Shown here: one piece after another, positions 1-13,180 of the stretch | Numbering within the stretch: position 1 is the first letter of the stretch | How the letters are laid out: each line of letters opens with the position of its first letter | From: Macrostomum lignano | Lineage: Eukaryota | NCBI GenBank assembly: GCA_002269645.1 | Contig: NIVC01001406.1 | Coordinates: 124,001-188,000 of the forward strand | Length of the DNA stretch: 64,000 bases | Direction: 5' to 3' | Program-made: the position numbers and the translations under genes | The notes under the pieces: model-generated | Told to the model about the DNA's origin: nothing | Database searches by the model: none | Seen by the model: the letters and a program-made list of their open reading frames with translations, nothing else

Positions 1-1437
1 TACAGGAATAGAATGGATTGCTAGTCTGGCTTATCAATACCGGAATAGAATGGATTGCTAGTCTGGCTTATCAATACAGGAATAGAATGGATTGCTAGTC
101 TAGCTAGTCTAGCTTATCAATACAGGAATAGAATGGATTGCTAGTCTGGCTTATCAATACAGGAATAGAATGGATTGCTAGTCTATCTTATCAATACAGG
201 AATAGAATGGATTGCTAGTCTATCTTATCAATACAGGAATAGAATGGATTGCTAGTCTATCTTATCAATACAGGAATAGAATGGATTGCTAGTCTAGCTT
301 ATCAATACAGGAATAGAATGGACTGCTAGTCTGGCTTATCAATACCGGAATAGAATGGATTGCTAGTCTGGCTTATCAATACAGGAATAGAATGGATTGC
401 TAGTCTAGCTAGTCTAGCTTATCAATACAGGAATAGAATGGATTGCTAGTCTGGCTTATCAATACAGGAATAGAATGGATTGCTAGTCTATCTTATCAAT
501 ACAGGAATAGAATGGATTGCTAGTCTATCTTATCAATACAGGAATAGAATGGATTGCTAGTCTATCTTATCAATACAGGAATAGAATGGATTGCTAGTCT
601 AGCTTATCAATACAGGAATAGAATGGACTGCTAGTCTGGCTTATCAATACCGGAATAGAACGGATTGCTAGTCTAGCTTATCAATACAGGAATAGAATGG
701 ATTGCTAGTCTAGCTTATCAATACAGGAATAGAATGGATTGCTAGTCTGGCTTATCAATACCGGTATAGAATGGATTGCTAGTCTGGCTTATCAATACAG
801 GAATAGAATGGATTGCTAGTCTGGCTTATCAATACCGGAATAGAATGGATTGCTAGTCTGGCTTATCAATACAGGAATAGAATGGATTGCTAGTCTGGCT
901 TATCAATACCGGAATAGAATGGATTGCTAGTCTGGCTTATCAATACAGGAATAGAATGGATTGCTAGTCTGGCTTATCAATACAGGAATAGAATGGATTG
1001 CTAGTCTGGCTTATCAATACCGGAATAGAATGGATTGCTAGTCTGGCTTATCAATACAGGAATAGAATGGATTGCTAGTCTGGCTTATCAATACAGGAAT
1101 AGAATGGATTGCTAGTCTGGCTTATCAATACAGGAATAGAATGGATTGCTAGTCTGGCTTATCAATACAGGAATAGAATGGATTGCTAGTCTGGCTTATC
1201 AATACAGGAATAGAATGGATTGCTAGTCTGGCTTATCAATACAGGAATAGAATGGATTGCTAGTCTGGCTTATCAATACCGGAATAGAATGGATTGCTAG
1301 TCTGGCTTATCAATACAGGAATAGAATGGATTGCTAGTCTGGCTTATCAATACCGGAATAGAATGGATTGCTAGTCTAGCTTATCAATACAGGAATAGAA
1401 TGGATTGCTAGTCTGGCTTATCAATACAGGAATAGAA
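1..1437. repeat. 37-bp tandem satellite (TACAGGAATAGAATGGATTGCTAGTCTGGCTTATCAA), runs off the window start
   Basis: Unit recurs at positions 1 and 38 and onward with few variants; about 39 copies. Confidence 0.97.
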
Positions 1438-1459
1438 CGAATGCTCTCTTTTCTCTCTA

Positions 1460-2258
1460 CTCTCCTCTTTACCACACCTCTCTACCATCCCCTCTCTACC
1501 ACACCTCTCTACCACAACTCTCTACCACACCTCTCTACCACAACTCTCTACCACAACTCTCTACCACACCTCTCTACCACAACTCTCTACCACACCTCTC
1601 TACCATCCCCTCTCTACCATCCCCTCTCTACCACACCTCTCTACCACACCTCTCTACCACACCTCTCTACCATCCCCTCTCTACCACACCTCTCTACCAC
1701 ACCTCTCTACCACAACTCTCTACCACACCTCTCTACCACACCTCTCTACCACACCTCTCTACCATCCCCTCTCTACCATCCCCTCTCTACCACACCTCTC
1801 TACCACAACTCTCTACCACACCTCTCTACCACAACTCTCTACCACAACTCTCTACCACACCTCTCTACCACACCTCTCTACCACACCTCTCTACCATCCC
1901 CTCTCTACCACACCTCTCTACCACACCTCTCTACCACAACTCTCTACCACACCTCTCTACCACAACTCTCTACCACACCTCTCTACCACACTTCTCTACC
2001 ACACCTCTCTACCACACCTCTCTACCACAACTCTCTACCACACCTCTCTACCACAACTCTCTACCACACCTCTCTACCACACTTCTCTACCACACCTCTC
2101 TACCACACCTCTCTACCACACCTCTCTACCACACCTCTCTACCACACCTCTCTACCACACCTCTCTACCACACCTCTCTACCACACCTCTCTACCACACC
2201 TCTCTACCACACCTCTCTACCACACCTCTCTACCACACCTCTCTACCACACCTCTCTA
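1460..2258. repeat. 13-bp tandem repeat family (CTCTCTACCACAC / CTCTCTACCACAA)
   Basis: Directly visible; explains ORF 1405..2307. Confidence 0.95.
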
Positions 2259-2626
2259 TACAATTGCGCAGCCCACACTTGCCGAACCAAGTACTTATTA
2301 CGTTTAAATTTGGACACTAAACCGCTCAGCTTCTCTGGTTATACATCTAAGGCTTGCTCATAGACAAAGAATATAAAGATCCGTTTTTAAATTATTTCCA
2401 ATCTTCACAAACTTCCTTGACGTAAATAGATTTCTTTCTTGATCAAAAAGGCGCTATAGAAAGACAAAGAACATAGCAGCTTTAACAGTGGGCGTAAGTT
2501 CTGACTGGGAAGAGTTAAACAAATTCTGCCGAGTTGAAATTCCAACGAAAAGCCAAATCGGATGAATTTATGAGGATCATTGCAAGAAGAGCGGAGGTTG
2601 TTTCCTCTAGTAGCAGCAGCTGCAGT

Positions 2627-4391
2627 CATGGACCAGAGCCGCGACGGCTCCAGCGAGTTCGCCTCCGAGCTGCAGCGCCTCGGCAGCCACCTGGCCGGTC
2701 TTCCGCCCGAAGCTGCCGCCGCCTTCCGTGCCGCCATCTGTCGCCTGTCAGCGGCGACCGGCGCCTCCACTGAGGCGTCCTTGATGGCTGAACCTCTTCC
2801 GCCCGAGCCTTCGGCTCTTCAACTACCACCGCAACAGCCGCTGCCGCCTCAGCCATCAAAGCAGCAGCCGCTGCCGCCTCAGCCATCAAAGCAGCAGCCG
2901 CTGCCGCCTCAGCCATCAAAGCAGCAGCCGCTGTCACCTCAGCCATCAAAGCAGCAGCCGCAGCCGCCTCAGCCACCAAAGCAGCAGCCACAGCCGCCTC
3001 AGCCACCAAAGCAGCAGCCGCTGTCACCTCAGCCACCAAAGCAGCAGCCGCTGTCACCTCAGCCACCAAAGCAGCAGCCGCAGCCGCCTCAGCCACCAAA
3101 GCAGCAGCCACAGCCGCCTCAGCCACCAAAGCAGCAGCCGCTGTCACCTCAGCCACCAAAGCAGCAGCCGCTGTCACCTCAGCCATCAAAGCAGCAGCCG
3201 CAGCCGCCTCAGCCACCAAAGCAGCAGCCACAGCCGCCTCAGCCACCAAAGCAGCAGCCGCTGTCACCTCAGCCACCAAAGCAGCAGCCGCTGTCACCTC
3301 AGCCACCAAAGCAGCAGCCGCAGCCGCCTCAGCCACCAAATCAGCAGCCGCTGTCGCCTCAGCCACCAAAGCAGCAGCCGCTACCGCCTCAGCCACCAAA
3401 GCAGCAGCCGCTGCCGCCTCAGCCACCAAAGCAGCAGCCGCTGCCGCCTCAGCCACCAAAGCAGCAGCCGCTGCCGCCTCAGCCACCAAAGCAGCAGCCG
3501 CTGCCGCCTCAGCCACCAAAGCAGCAGCCGCAGCCGTCGCCATCGCAAGACCAGTGGGTGCCCCTGCTGGTTATAACAAACTCAGAGCTGTTTTGCACCG
3601 ACTGGGAAAGTTCCGAGCTCCCCACCAGCTGCAGCAGCTGCGAGCCGGACCGAAGCCGCCAGCTGATCAAGCCTGTCGATTCCACCGTCGGAGAGTCGCC
3701 GTCGGGTCAAACGGCGCCAAAGTCAGTGCCCGCCTCGATTCCGCTCGGCCCGTCCGGTCCGATCGTCCTGGCGCCGCTGAGCGTCTGCACCAGATTCTCC
3801 CTGGCCAGTGCCAGCCTGGATGCTGCATCTCCGATCTCCGAGGCATCTCCGAACGATTCGCAAATTCCAACCACGGCGTCGACTTTGTTGACTCAGTCTT
3901 CAAAAACACCGTCAGAGCTGATGCCTGCACCATCACCATCCCAGCAGCCAGCATCCGCTCTGCCTCCACCGCCTCTTCAGCCGCCCTCTCGTTCGTCCAC
4001 AATGCCTCCACCGATTTCTGAATCTTTGAATGCCCAACCGCCTCCTCTTCGCCAGCCTCCAGCGTTACCCCATCGGCAGTCTGCCTCAACGACCGCATCA
4101 TCCGTTGGGTCGTACAACTTCTTGGCGCTGCTGCTCGACCAGCTGACTCCGCCGATTGGCAGCGAAGAAAGTCGAAGCATCGGCAGCAGCAAACAGAGCA
4201 GAAGCAGCAGCGGCAGCGGCGGCGTCCGGAGAAACCCAGTCAGCAGCGGCGGCAGCAGCGGCGGCAGGGACTCCTGCGCCGAGATCGATCGCCGATCTGC
4301 TTGGACTCTTGGCGGCGACTTGGAGGACGTTCACACCTGCGACCTGGCCGATGAGTACGACGAATTGCGGGCTGTTGTCAGACATTCCTGA
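2627..4391 (+). CDS. Uncharacterised Pro/Gln/Ser-rich protein with about 23-24 copies of a 10-aa repeat (QPPKQQPLPP); unique N- and C-terminal segments
   Basis: ATG at 2627 follows a pyrimidine tract and AG (TTGTTTCCTCTAG, ~2597-2609). The frame stays open for ~210 nt before and ~850 nt after the 30-bp array. GC-rich composition matches the other exons in the window. May be one exon of a larger gene. Confidence 0.6.
2835..3536 (+). repeat. 30-bp coding minisatellite (CAGCCACCAAAGCAGCAGCCGCTGCCGCCT)
   Basis: Frame-preserving units with substitutions only. Confidence 0.95.
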
Positions 4392-4504
4392 CCGCAGCTG
4401 GCGAGTTTCTGGACCTCAGTTTAATGACTGACAGGTGACTAGACAATCAGGGTGTGCTGACACTGGGTTGTTATTGGATTGTGACTTCATGCAATTGAGC
4501 CCAA

Positions 4505-6772
4505 AAGTAATGGCTGGATGGGTGCCTGGATCATTGCTGCACTTCTCTGATGGGATGATGGCTGGATAGGTGCCTGGATCATTGCTGCACTTCTCTGATG
4601 GGATGATGGCTGGATAGGTGCCTGGATCATTGCTGCACTTCTCTGATGGGTGATGGCTGGATAGGTGCCTGGATCATTGCTGCACTTCTCTGATGGGATA
4701 TTGGCTGGATAGGTGCCTAGATCATTGCTGCACTTCTCTGATGGGATAATGGCTGGATGGGTGCCTGGATCATTGCTGCACTTCTCTGATGGGATGATGG
4801 CTGGATAGGTGCCTAGATCATTGCTGCACTTCTCTGATGGGATGATGGCTGGATGGGTGCCTGGATCATTGCTGCACTTCTCTGATGGGATGATGGCTGG
4901 ATAGGTGCCTGGATCATTGCTGCACTTCTCTGATGGGATGATGGCTGGATGGGTGCCTGGATCATTGCTGCACTTCTCTGATGGGATGATGGCTGGATGG
5001 GTGCCTGGATCATTGCTGCACTTCTCTGATGGGATGATGGCTGGATAGGTGCCTAGATCATTGCTGCACTTCTCTGATGGGATGATGGCTGGATGGGTGC
5101 CTGGATCATTGCTGCACTTCTCTGATGGGATGATGGCTGGATAGGTGCCTAGATCATTGCTGCACTTCTCTGATGGGATGATGGCTGGATAGGTGCCTAG
5201 ATCATTGCTGCACTTCTCTGATGGGATGATGGCTGGATGGGTGCCTAGATCATTGCTGCACTTCTCTGATGGGATGATGGCTGGATGGGTGCCTAGATCA
5301 TTGCTGCACTTCTCTGATGGGATGATGGCTGGATAGGTGCCTGGATCATTGCTGCACTTCTCTGATGGGATGATGGCTGGATAGGTGCCTGGATCATTGC
5401 TGCACTTCTCTGATGGGATGATGGCTGGATAGGTGCCTAGATCATTGCTGCACTTCTCTGATGGGATGATGGCTGGATAGGTGCCTAGATCATTGCTGAA
5501 CTTCTCTGATGGGATGATGGCTGAATAGGTGCCTAGATCATTGCTGCACTTCTCTGATGGGATGATGGCTGGATAGGTGCCTGGATCATTGCTGCACTTC
5601 TCTGATGGGATGATGGCTGGATAGGTGCCTGGATCATTGCTGCACTTCTCTGATGGGATGATGGCTGGATAGGTGCCTGGATCATTGCTGCACTTCTCTG
5701 ATGGGATGATGGCTGGATAGGTGCCTAGATCATTGCTGCACTTCTCTGATGGGATGATGGCTGGATAGGTGCCTAGATCATTGCTGAACTTCTCTGATGG
5801 GATGATGGCTGAATAGGTGCCTAGATCATTGCTGCACTTCTCTGATGGGATGATGGCTGGATAGGTGCCTGGATCATTGCTGCACTTCTCTGATGGGATG
5901 ATGGCTGGATAGGTGCCTAGATCATTGCTGCACTTCTCTGATGGGATGATGGCTGGATAGGTGCCTAGATCATTGCTGCACTTCTCTGATGGGATGATGG
6001 CTGGATAGGTGCCTAGATCATTGCTGCACTTCTCTGATGGGATGATGGCTGGATAGGTGCCTAGATCATTGCTGCACTTCTCTGATGGGATGATGGCTGG
6101 ATAGGTGCCTAGATCATTGCTGCACTTCTCTGATGGGATGATGGCTGGATAGGTGCCTAGATCATTGCTGCACTTCTCTGATGGGATGATGGCTGGATAG
6201 GTGCCTAGATCATTGCTGCACTTCTCTGATGGGATGATGGCTGGATAGGTGCCTAGATCATTGCTGCACTTCTCTGATGGGATGATGGCTGGATAGGTGC
6301 CTAGATCATTGCTGCACTTCTCTGATGGGATGATGGCTGGATAGGTGCCTAGATCATTGCTGCACTTCTCTGATGGGATGATGGCTGGATAGGTGCCTGG
6401 ATCATTGCTGCACTTCTCTGATGGGATGATGGCTGAATGGGTGCCTGGATCATTGCTGCACTTCTCTGATGGGATGATGGCTGGATAGGTGCCTAGATCA
6501 TTGCTGCACTTCTCTGATGGGATGATGGCTGGATAGGTGCCTGGATCATTGCTGCACTTCTCTGATGGGATGATGGCTGAATGGGTGCCTGGATCATTGC
6601 TGCACTTCTCTGATGGGATGATGGCTGGATAGGTGCCTAGATCATTGCTGCACTTCTCTGATGGGATGATGGCTGGATAGGTGCCTAGATCATTGCTGCA
6701 CTTCTCTGATGGGATGATGGCTGGATAGGTGCCTAGATCATTGCTGCACTTCTCTGATGGAATGATGGCTGT
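4505..6772. repeat. 48-bp tandem satellite (GGCTGGATAGGTGCCTAGATCATTGCTGCACTTCTCTGATGGGATGAT)
   Basis: About 47 near-identical units; explains ORF 4487..6790. Confidence 0.97.
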
Positions 6773-7107
6773 GTGGTTTTTTTCTAACACTGTTGAACGG
6801 CCAGTTTGTTCATCTTTCTGCCACTTTTCTCAATTTTCTGTCGAATTAAATTTTTTTCTCAGTCTATCAGACTCCAGTTTACTCGTAGGAGTTTTAGGGC
6901 ATGTTCAGTTCTGGACAGACAAGCATTTATAGTGCATCAGAAGAAGGAATATAAATATAAATTGCTTTTTTGGTCATGTAAATTGTACATACGAAGAAGC
7001 ATTGCAATGTAGCTTGGCATGTTTCAGCTCGTAGGATGCGTTTCCTTAAACTTTTTTTTGCCTAGAGTTTAAAAAATAGGTGAAGGATAATAGTAAACAT
7101 AAAACCC

Positions 7108-8257
7108 TGCATCCATCCTTTCATCCATCCCTTCATCCATCCCTTCATCCATCCCTTTATCCATCCCTTATTCCATCCCTGCATCCATCCTTGCATCCAT
7201 CCCTTCATCTATTGCCTGCATCCATCCCTTCATCCATCCCTGCATCCATCCCTGCATCCACCCCTTCATCCATCCTTGCATCCATCCTTGCATCCATCCC
7301 TTCATCCATCCCTGCATTCATCCCTTCATCCATCCCTTCATCCATCCCTACATACATCCCTTCATCCATCCCTTCATCCATCCCTGCATCCATCCTTGCA
7401 TCCATCCCTTCATCTATTGCCTGCATCCATCCCTTCATCCATCCCTGCATCCATCCCTGCATCCATCCCTGCATCCACCCCTTCATCCATCCTTGCATCC
7501 ATCCCTTCATCCATCCCTGCATTCATCCCTTCATCCATCCCTTCATCCATCCCTACATACATCCCTTCATCCATCCCTTCATCCATCCCTACATACATCC
7601 TTGCATCCACCCCTTCATCCATCCTTGCATCCATCCTTGCATCCATCCCTTCATCCATCCCTGCATTCATCCCTTCATCCATCCCTTCATCCATCCCTAC
7701 ATACATCCCTTCATCCATCCCTTCCTCCATCCCTTCATCCATCCCTTCATCCATCCCTTCATCCATCCCTTTATCCATCCCTTCATCCATCCCTGCATCC
7801 ATCCTTGCATCCATCCCTTCATCTATTGCCTGCATCCATCCCTTCATCCATCCCTGCATCCATCCCTGCATCCATCCCTGCATCCACCCCTTCATCCATC
7901 CTTGCATCCATCCCTTCATCCATCCCTGCATTCATCCCTTCATCCATCCCTTCATCCATCCCTACATACATCCCTTCATCCATCCCTTCATCCATCCCTA
8001 CATACATCCTTGCATCCATCCCTTCATCCATCCCTTCATCCATCCCTTCATCCATCCCTTCATCCATCTCTTCATCCATCCCTACATACATCCCTTCATC
8101 CATCCCTACATCCATCCCTACATACATCCTTGCATCCATCCCTTCATCCATCCCTTCATCCATCCCTACATCCATCCCTACATACATCCCTTCATCCATC
8201 CCTTCATCCATCCCTACATACATCCCTACATACATCCTGCATCCATGCCTGCATCCT
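7108..8257. repeat. CATC-derived 12-bp repeat (CATCCATCCCTT) with higher-order blocks
   Basis: Directly visible; explains ORFs between 7080 and 8334. Confidence 0.95.
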
Positions 8258-9263
8258 AATTTGGCAACTCTAATTAACCAATAAAGCCTTTGCCGCAGAG
8301 AAAGACAAGACAGACACAATGAACAGAGACACAAGAATACAGACAGACAGAATTTCTAGACAGCAGGCCTTGCAAAACAGCTCTGTCATTTTATCAACAA
8401 TTCTCTTTGCCCAACGCGGTTCCCAGGCCTTTAGTGCCCCACTCAATACAACTTGGTTGCCTGCATGGCTTCTGCATTTTCTTTTCAAATATTGTCCCAG
8501 CAGAGCTAGTCAGGAAGAGGGTGGTAGAGGGGAGAGGAGGAACAAGTTAATTTGATCCCTAGAGGATTTCCCGAAATTAGCGGGATCTGTGAGGGGACTG
8601 AAGGTTGGAGGAGGTCGCTGATAAGCATCTTTTGTCCCAGCGGGCCTGGGGTCTCAGCGTTGCGCAACCGCGCCTGAACAGACACCCCACACACTGTGTA
8701 GACATCTGGAGCAGATGCGGCTGTCTTTTGAGTGACTTGGCTTGGCTGTTTTGCCTCGAGTGTGTATCCGCTGCTACTACTTATAGTAGCTCATGGCAGT
8801 CAGGTATGTATACTCAAGGACCAGCACTGTAGTAATACTCAACTTTCATGGAAAAAATACACAGCGGAGATAGCCATTAAGCCATTCTTGCAGGTACAGT
8901 TCCTAGACCTGTCTAAATAATTAAGTGCAGACAATGTTTACTAATATCATTTTTCATATTGTTGTTAAGCTAGCCTTTAGAAAGCAATCCATTTATAAGC
9001 CAAGGCCTTGCTTAAGGGTAAGAGTGTCTGCATTGCAACAATTTCATTACAAATATACTTGATTCAAAATGCAAGAAACAAATTTGGCTTCGGCTTATAA
9101 AATAAAAAGAAAACAATATTAAATTGAAACTTTCTCTGCACAACTTTATAAAAATACAGCAGAGTAACAGATGGAGATGGCGATCTTCACTTCCCCAAAT
9201 GTAATCATTGATTTGTGTTGAAAAATGATTTTTTCCTATCTCTGCGGTGTATTTTTTTTCCAG

Positions 9264-9422
9264 GAAATCGGCCTCCTAAAAAGTTGGACTGGCCCTCATG
9301 GGCGTCGTGGCGCGCGAGAGTCGGACGCGTTCACCGCTGAACTGCTGAAATTAATCACCGACTTCCTCGAGAGGATTCATACCACCGCAATTAAAGAGGC
9401 AGTCAGTTTCACAATTGAATAG
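9264..9422 (+). CDS. Possible isolated terminal exon (EIGLLKSWTGPHG...AVSFTIE*), parent gene unresolved
   Basis: Strong T-tract plus CAG acceptor at 9261-9263, GC-rich open frame, stop followed by AATAAA (~9429); no matching upstream donor identified. Confidence 0.25.
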   Translation, partial: EIGLLKSWTGPHGRRGARESDAFTAELLKLITDFLERIHTTAIKEAVSFTIE

Positions 9423-9717
9423 TTTAGCAATAAATAAATAATACTATATCTATACTTGAATGCCTACTTGTAATCACAATTAGAGAGCCAATCAACTATC
9501 CCCGAACAATGGGCCAGGACTTCATATAATAAGCATGATTAAGCGGTCTGAGAGATTCATGCAGCCATAGCGACCATCAGGCTCAATTTTGTCTAATCCA
9601 CAGATACTACTAGCTCGTATACAATAGCATAATAAAATAGAATAAACAGAAGCATTTTAATGTATTTGTAAAGCCAAGGTTCATTTATTGGCTCTTACTC
9701 TACACCAAAGCCCTACA

Positions 9718-10463
9718 CCAAAGATACTATAATAACTAGATGGACCACTCAGGCGTATAAACTTAGTAAAACAGCTTTCTACTTTCAGTTCAGTAGCAAA
9801 GAAGAATGCATAAGCTATTTTAAAGAATAAAGGCTGCTGAAATGACTTTGACAAGTTTAGAAGCCCAAGCTTACAGGCGTAAACAGCTTGCTAATTGGTT
9901 CCGCAATAATGTACATTAGCCAATCCACTGAAATGTACATGGCAGCTTTAGACTGGAATTCCGAGAAAGGCAATAAAAATTGGGGCGGGGCGGGGTAGTG
10001 TGGAAAGGCGCGGTTGGAGGGTTTAAGCTGGGGGCAAGAGCGAATAAATGATGAGCCTTGGCTTTAAAAGTATACTTCTGTTTAACTTACTACTGAACTG
10101 AAAGTAGCTTACACGCAAATGTGCTGAGTGGCCCGTCTAATATCTGTGCCCTACACCAGCTTAAACCCTCCAACCGCACCTTTCCACACTCCCCCCGCCC
10201 CGCCCCAATTTTTATTGCCTTTCTCGGAATTCCAGCCTAAAGCTGCCATGTACATTTCAGTGGACTGGCTAATGTACATTATTGCGGAACCAATTAGCAA
10301 GCTGTTTACGTCTGTAAGCTTGGGCTTCTAAACTTATCAGTCATTTCAGCTTTTTTATAAAATAGCTTATGTATTCTTCTTTGCTACTGAACTGAAAGTA
10401 GAAAGCTGTTTTACTAAGCATATATGCCTGACTGGCCCATCTAGTTATTTTAGTATCTGTGGT
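9718..10463. mobile_element. Foldback/MITE-like element with ~310-bp inverted arms (~9722-10030 and ~10157-10458)
   Basis: Arms are reverse complements, e.g. GCTTGCTAATTGGTTCCGCAATAATGTACATTAG vs CTAATGTACATTATTGCGGAACCAATTAGCAAGC; no coding capacity; no target duplication found. Confidence 0.75.
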
Positions 10464-10825
10464 CAAACCTGAACTTTTCTTGACTACGTACTAAATGCTC
10501 AGAATATGCGTCGTAGATGCTACCTACGAGCTATTTAAACTCTGTCGCAGGAATGACTGGATTAGGGAATTTCTGGCAAAAAGCTCTATTTGCCAAAGTT
10601 GAGTAAACACAGTTAGAAATGAGTGCTGACTTTGCCTACCACTCAGGCACATCGACAGAGAGGTAAAAGGAGGACAGGATGGAGTGAATTCATTCGTTTT
10701 TCCGAACCATGCGCAAATTGTAGACCAGCCTGTAGAATACGCATGCAACCACACTGGATTAATTCACTCTGAAAGAGGGTTGGCAGTGTAGCTGGTGGTT
10801 TTAATAGCTCGAACTTTGTGTCAAT

Positions 10826-11765
10826 AGTGTCTGTCAGTAGTGTTTGTTTGCTTCAGTAGTGTCTGTCAGTAGTGTTTGCATGTGTCAGTAGTGATTGTTT
10901 GTGTCAGTTGTGATTGTTTATGTCAGTAGTGTCTGTGTCAGTAGTGTCTGTGTCAGTAGTGTTTGTTTGTGTCAGTAGTGTTTATGTCAGTAGTGTCTGT
11001 GTCAGTAGTGTCTGTGTCAGTAGTGTCTGTGTCAGTAGTGATTGCTTGTGTCAGTTGTGGTTGTTTGTGTCAGTAGTGTCTGTGTCAGTAGTGTCTGTGT
11101 CAGTAGTGTCTGTGTCAGTAGTGATTGCTTGTGTCAGTTGTGGTTGTTTGTGTCAGTAGTGTCTGTGTCAGTAGTGTCTGTGTCAGTAGTGTTTGTTTGT
11201 GTCAGTAGTGTTTATGTCAGTAGTGTCTGTGTCAGTAGTGTCTGTGTCAGTAGTGTTTGTTTGTGTCAGTAGTGTTTATGTCAGTAGTGTCTGTGTCAGT
11301 AGTGTTTATGTCAGTAGTGTCTGTGTCAGTAGTGTCTGTGTCAGTAGTGTTTGTGTCAGTAGTGTTTATGTCAGTAGTGTCTGTGTCAGTAGTGTCTGTG
11401 TCAGTAGTGTTTATGTCAGTAGTGTCTGTGTCAGTAGTGTCTGTGTCAGTAGTGTTTGTGTCAGTAGTGTTTGTGTCAGTAGTGTTTGTGTCAGTAGTGT
11501 TTGTGTCAGTAGTGTTTGTGTCAGTAGTGATTGTTTGTGTCAGTAGTGTTTGTGTCAGTAGTGATTGTTTGTGTCAGTAGTGATTGTTTGTGTCAGTTGT
11601 GATTGTTTGTGTCAGTAGTGATTGTTTGTGTCAGTTGTGATTGTTTGTGTCAGTAGTGTCTGTGTCAGTAGTGTTTGTGTCAGTAGTGTTTTGTTAGTAG
11701 TGTCTGTGTCAGTAGTGTTTGTGTCAGTAGTGTTTGTTTGTGTCATTAGTGTTTGTGTCAGTAGT
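10826..11765. repeat. 15-bp repeat (TGTCAGTAGTGTCTG and variants)
   Basis: Directly visible. Confidence 0.95.
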
Positions 11766-12602
11766 ATCTGTACCGGTGCGGGTCCCATACCCGCATGTAA
11801 TAACCGGTGCAGCATGGGCACTCAGTCGAACTGAAATCCTACAGCAAAATGCGCGGGTTTCTATAGGCTTAAGGCAGTGGCGGTAGCGGGTTTTTTAAGT
11901 TTGAGCAACTTGAATAGGCCACTATTTACACTCTGGTGAGCAATCTACCATAGCAATCTTGATTCCAACTTGAGACTAAAGCGTTGAAACCCGAGTCCAA
12001 GTACTCAAACTGATACGCTTTCATAATGCATAGAGAACTGAACTCATCCTAGACTTCGTGGAATGGTTAAAAAAACAAAAAAGACTGAAGGCGGCGAGCC
12101 ACAATGGCCAGATACACTTTCACCTGAAGAATTGCGAAGTAACTTTAATTCTTTTGGCAGCAGAAAAGATAGGGCGGCGGAAGCGAAAGCAATGCATGAC
12201 TTGAAGCAAAAATTGCTATTGGCAAATTCCGGAAAAAAGCAGACTATAAGTTAGTAGAAAGTAAGGATTGAGGCAGAGCAGTACCAGCAAATTGTTATCT
12301 ACCTGGTATCTCTGAGCATTAGCGCAGATTTTTCTACCGACTCAAAGAGGAACTGTTTTACTAGAAAAACTTTAATTAATTTTTGCTATTTGCAACTAGA
12401 CATGATATGATAATAATTACGACTTAGCTGTTCTGCCCCTGATATTGTTTATATACTCCACCAGGTTTTGAATGCTATCCTTGTAACTGTACAGAACTAA
12501 CGGTAAAAGGACTTTATTATACAGCATCGGCTTCCACGCATTTAAAGGCGGCAAAGAAGCAGACTGGAGAAAATGGGTTCAGAAGCGAAAACTACAAAAA
12601 CG

Positions 12603-13156
12603 GCAGCGACATCAGGAGCAGCGACATCAGGAGCAGCGACATCAGGAGCAGCGACATCAGGAGCAGCGACATCAGGAGCAGCGACATCAGGAGCAGCAGC
12701 GACATCAGGAGCAGCGACATCAGGAGCAGCAGCGACATCAGGAGCAGCGACATCAGGAGCAGCGACATCAGGAGCAGCGACATCAGGAGCAGCGACATCA
12801 GGAGCAGCGACATCAGGAGCAGCAGCGACATCAGGAGCAGCAGCGACACAGGAGCAGCGACATCAGGAGCAGCGACATCAGGAGCAGCGACATCAGGAGC
12901 AGCGACATCAGGAGCAGCGACATCAGGAGCAGCGACATCAGGAGCAGCGACATCAGGAGCAGCGACATCAGGAGCAGCGACATCAGGAGCAGCGACATCA
13001 GGAGCAGCGACATCAGGAGCAGCGACATCAGGAGCAGCGACATCAGGAGCAGCGACATCAGGAGCAGCGACATCAGGAGCAGCGACATCAGGAGCAGCGA
13101 CATCAGGAGCAGCGACATCAGGAGCAGCGACATCAGGAGCAGCGACATCAGGAGCA
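12603..13156. repeat. 15-bp repeat (GCAGCGACATCAGGA) starting ~25 nt past the IPMK stop codon
   Basis: Directly visible; about 36 units. Confidence 0.95.
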
Positions 13157-13180
13157 CTTCCGGTATACAAGGACTGAAAG

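Noticed and set aside
2626-3543. Ala-rich antifreeze-like ORF (AEAAAAAALV)n on the - strand
   Set aside because: Antisense shadow of the 30-bp repeat; the + frame extends much further into unique sequence
4487-6790. 767-aa ORF of 16-aa repeats
   Set aside because: Consists almost entirely of a 48-bp satellite whose period is a multiple of 3; no unique coding flanks
12063-12254. 63-aa ORF MVKKTKK...
   Set aside because: Short, no recognisable motif and no splice context; cannot be supported
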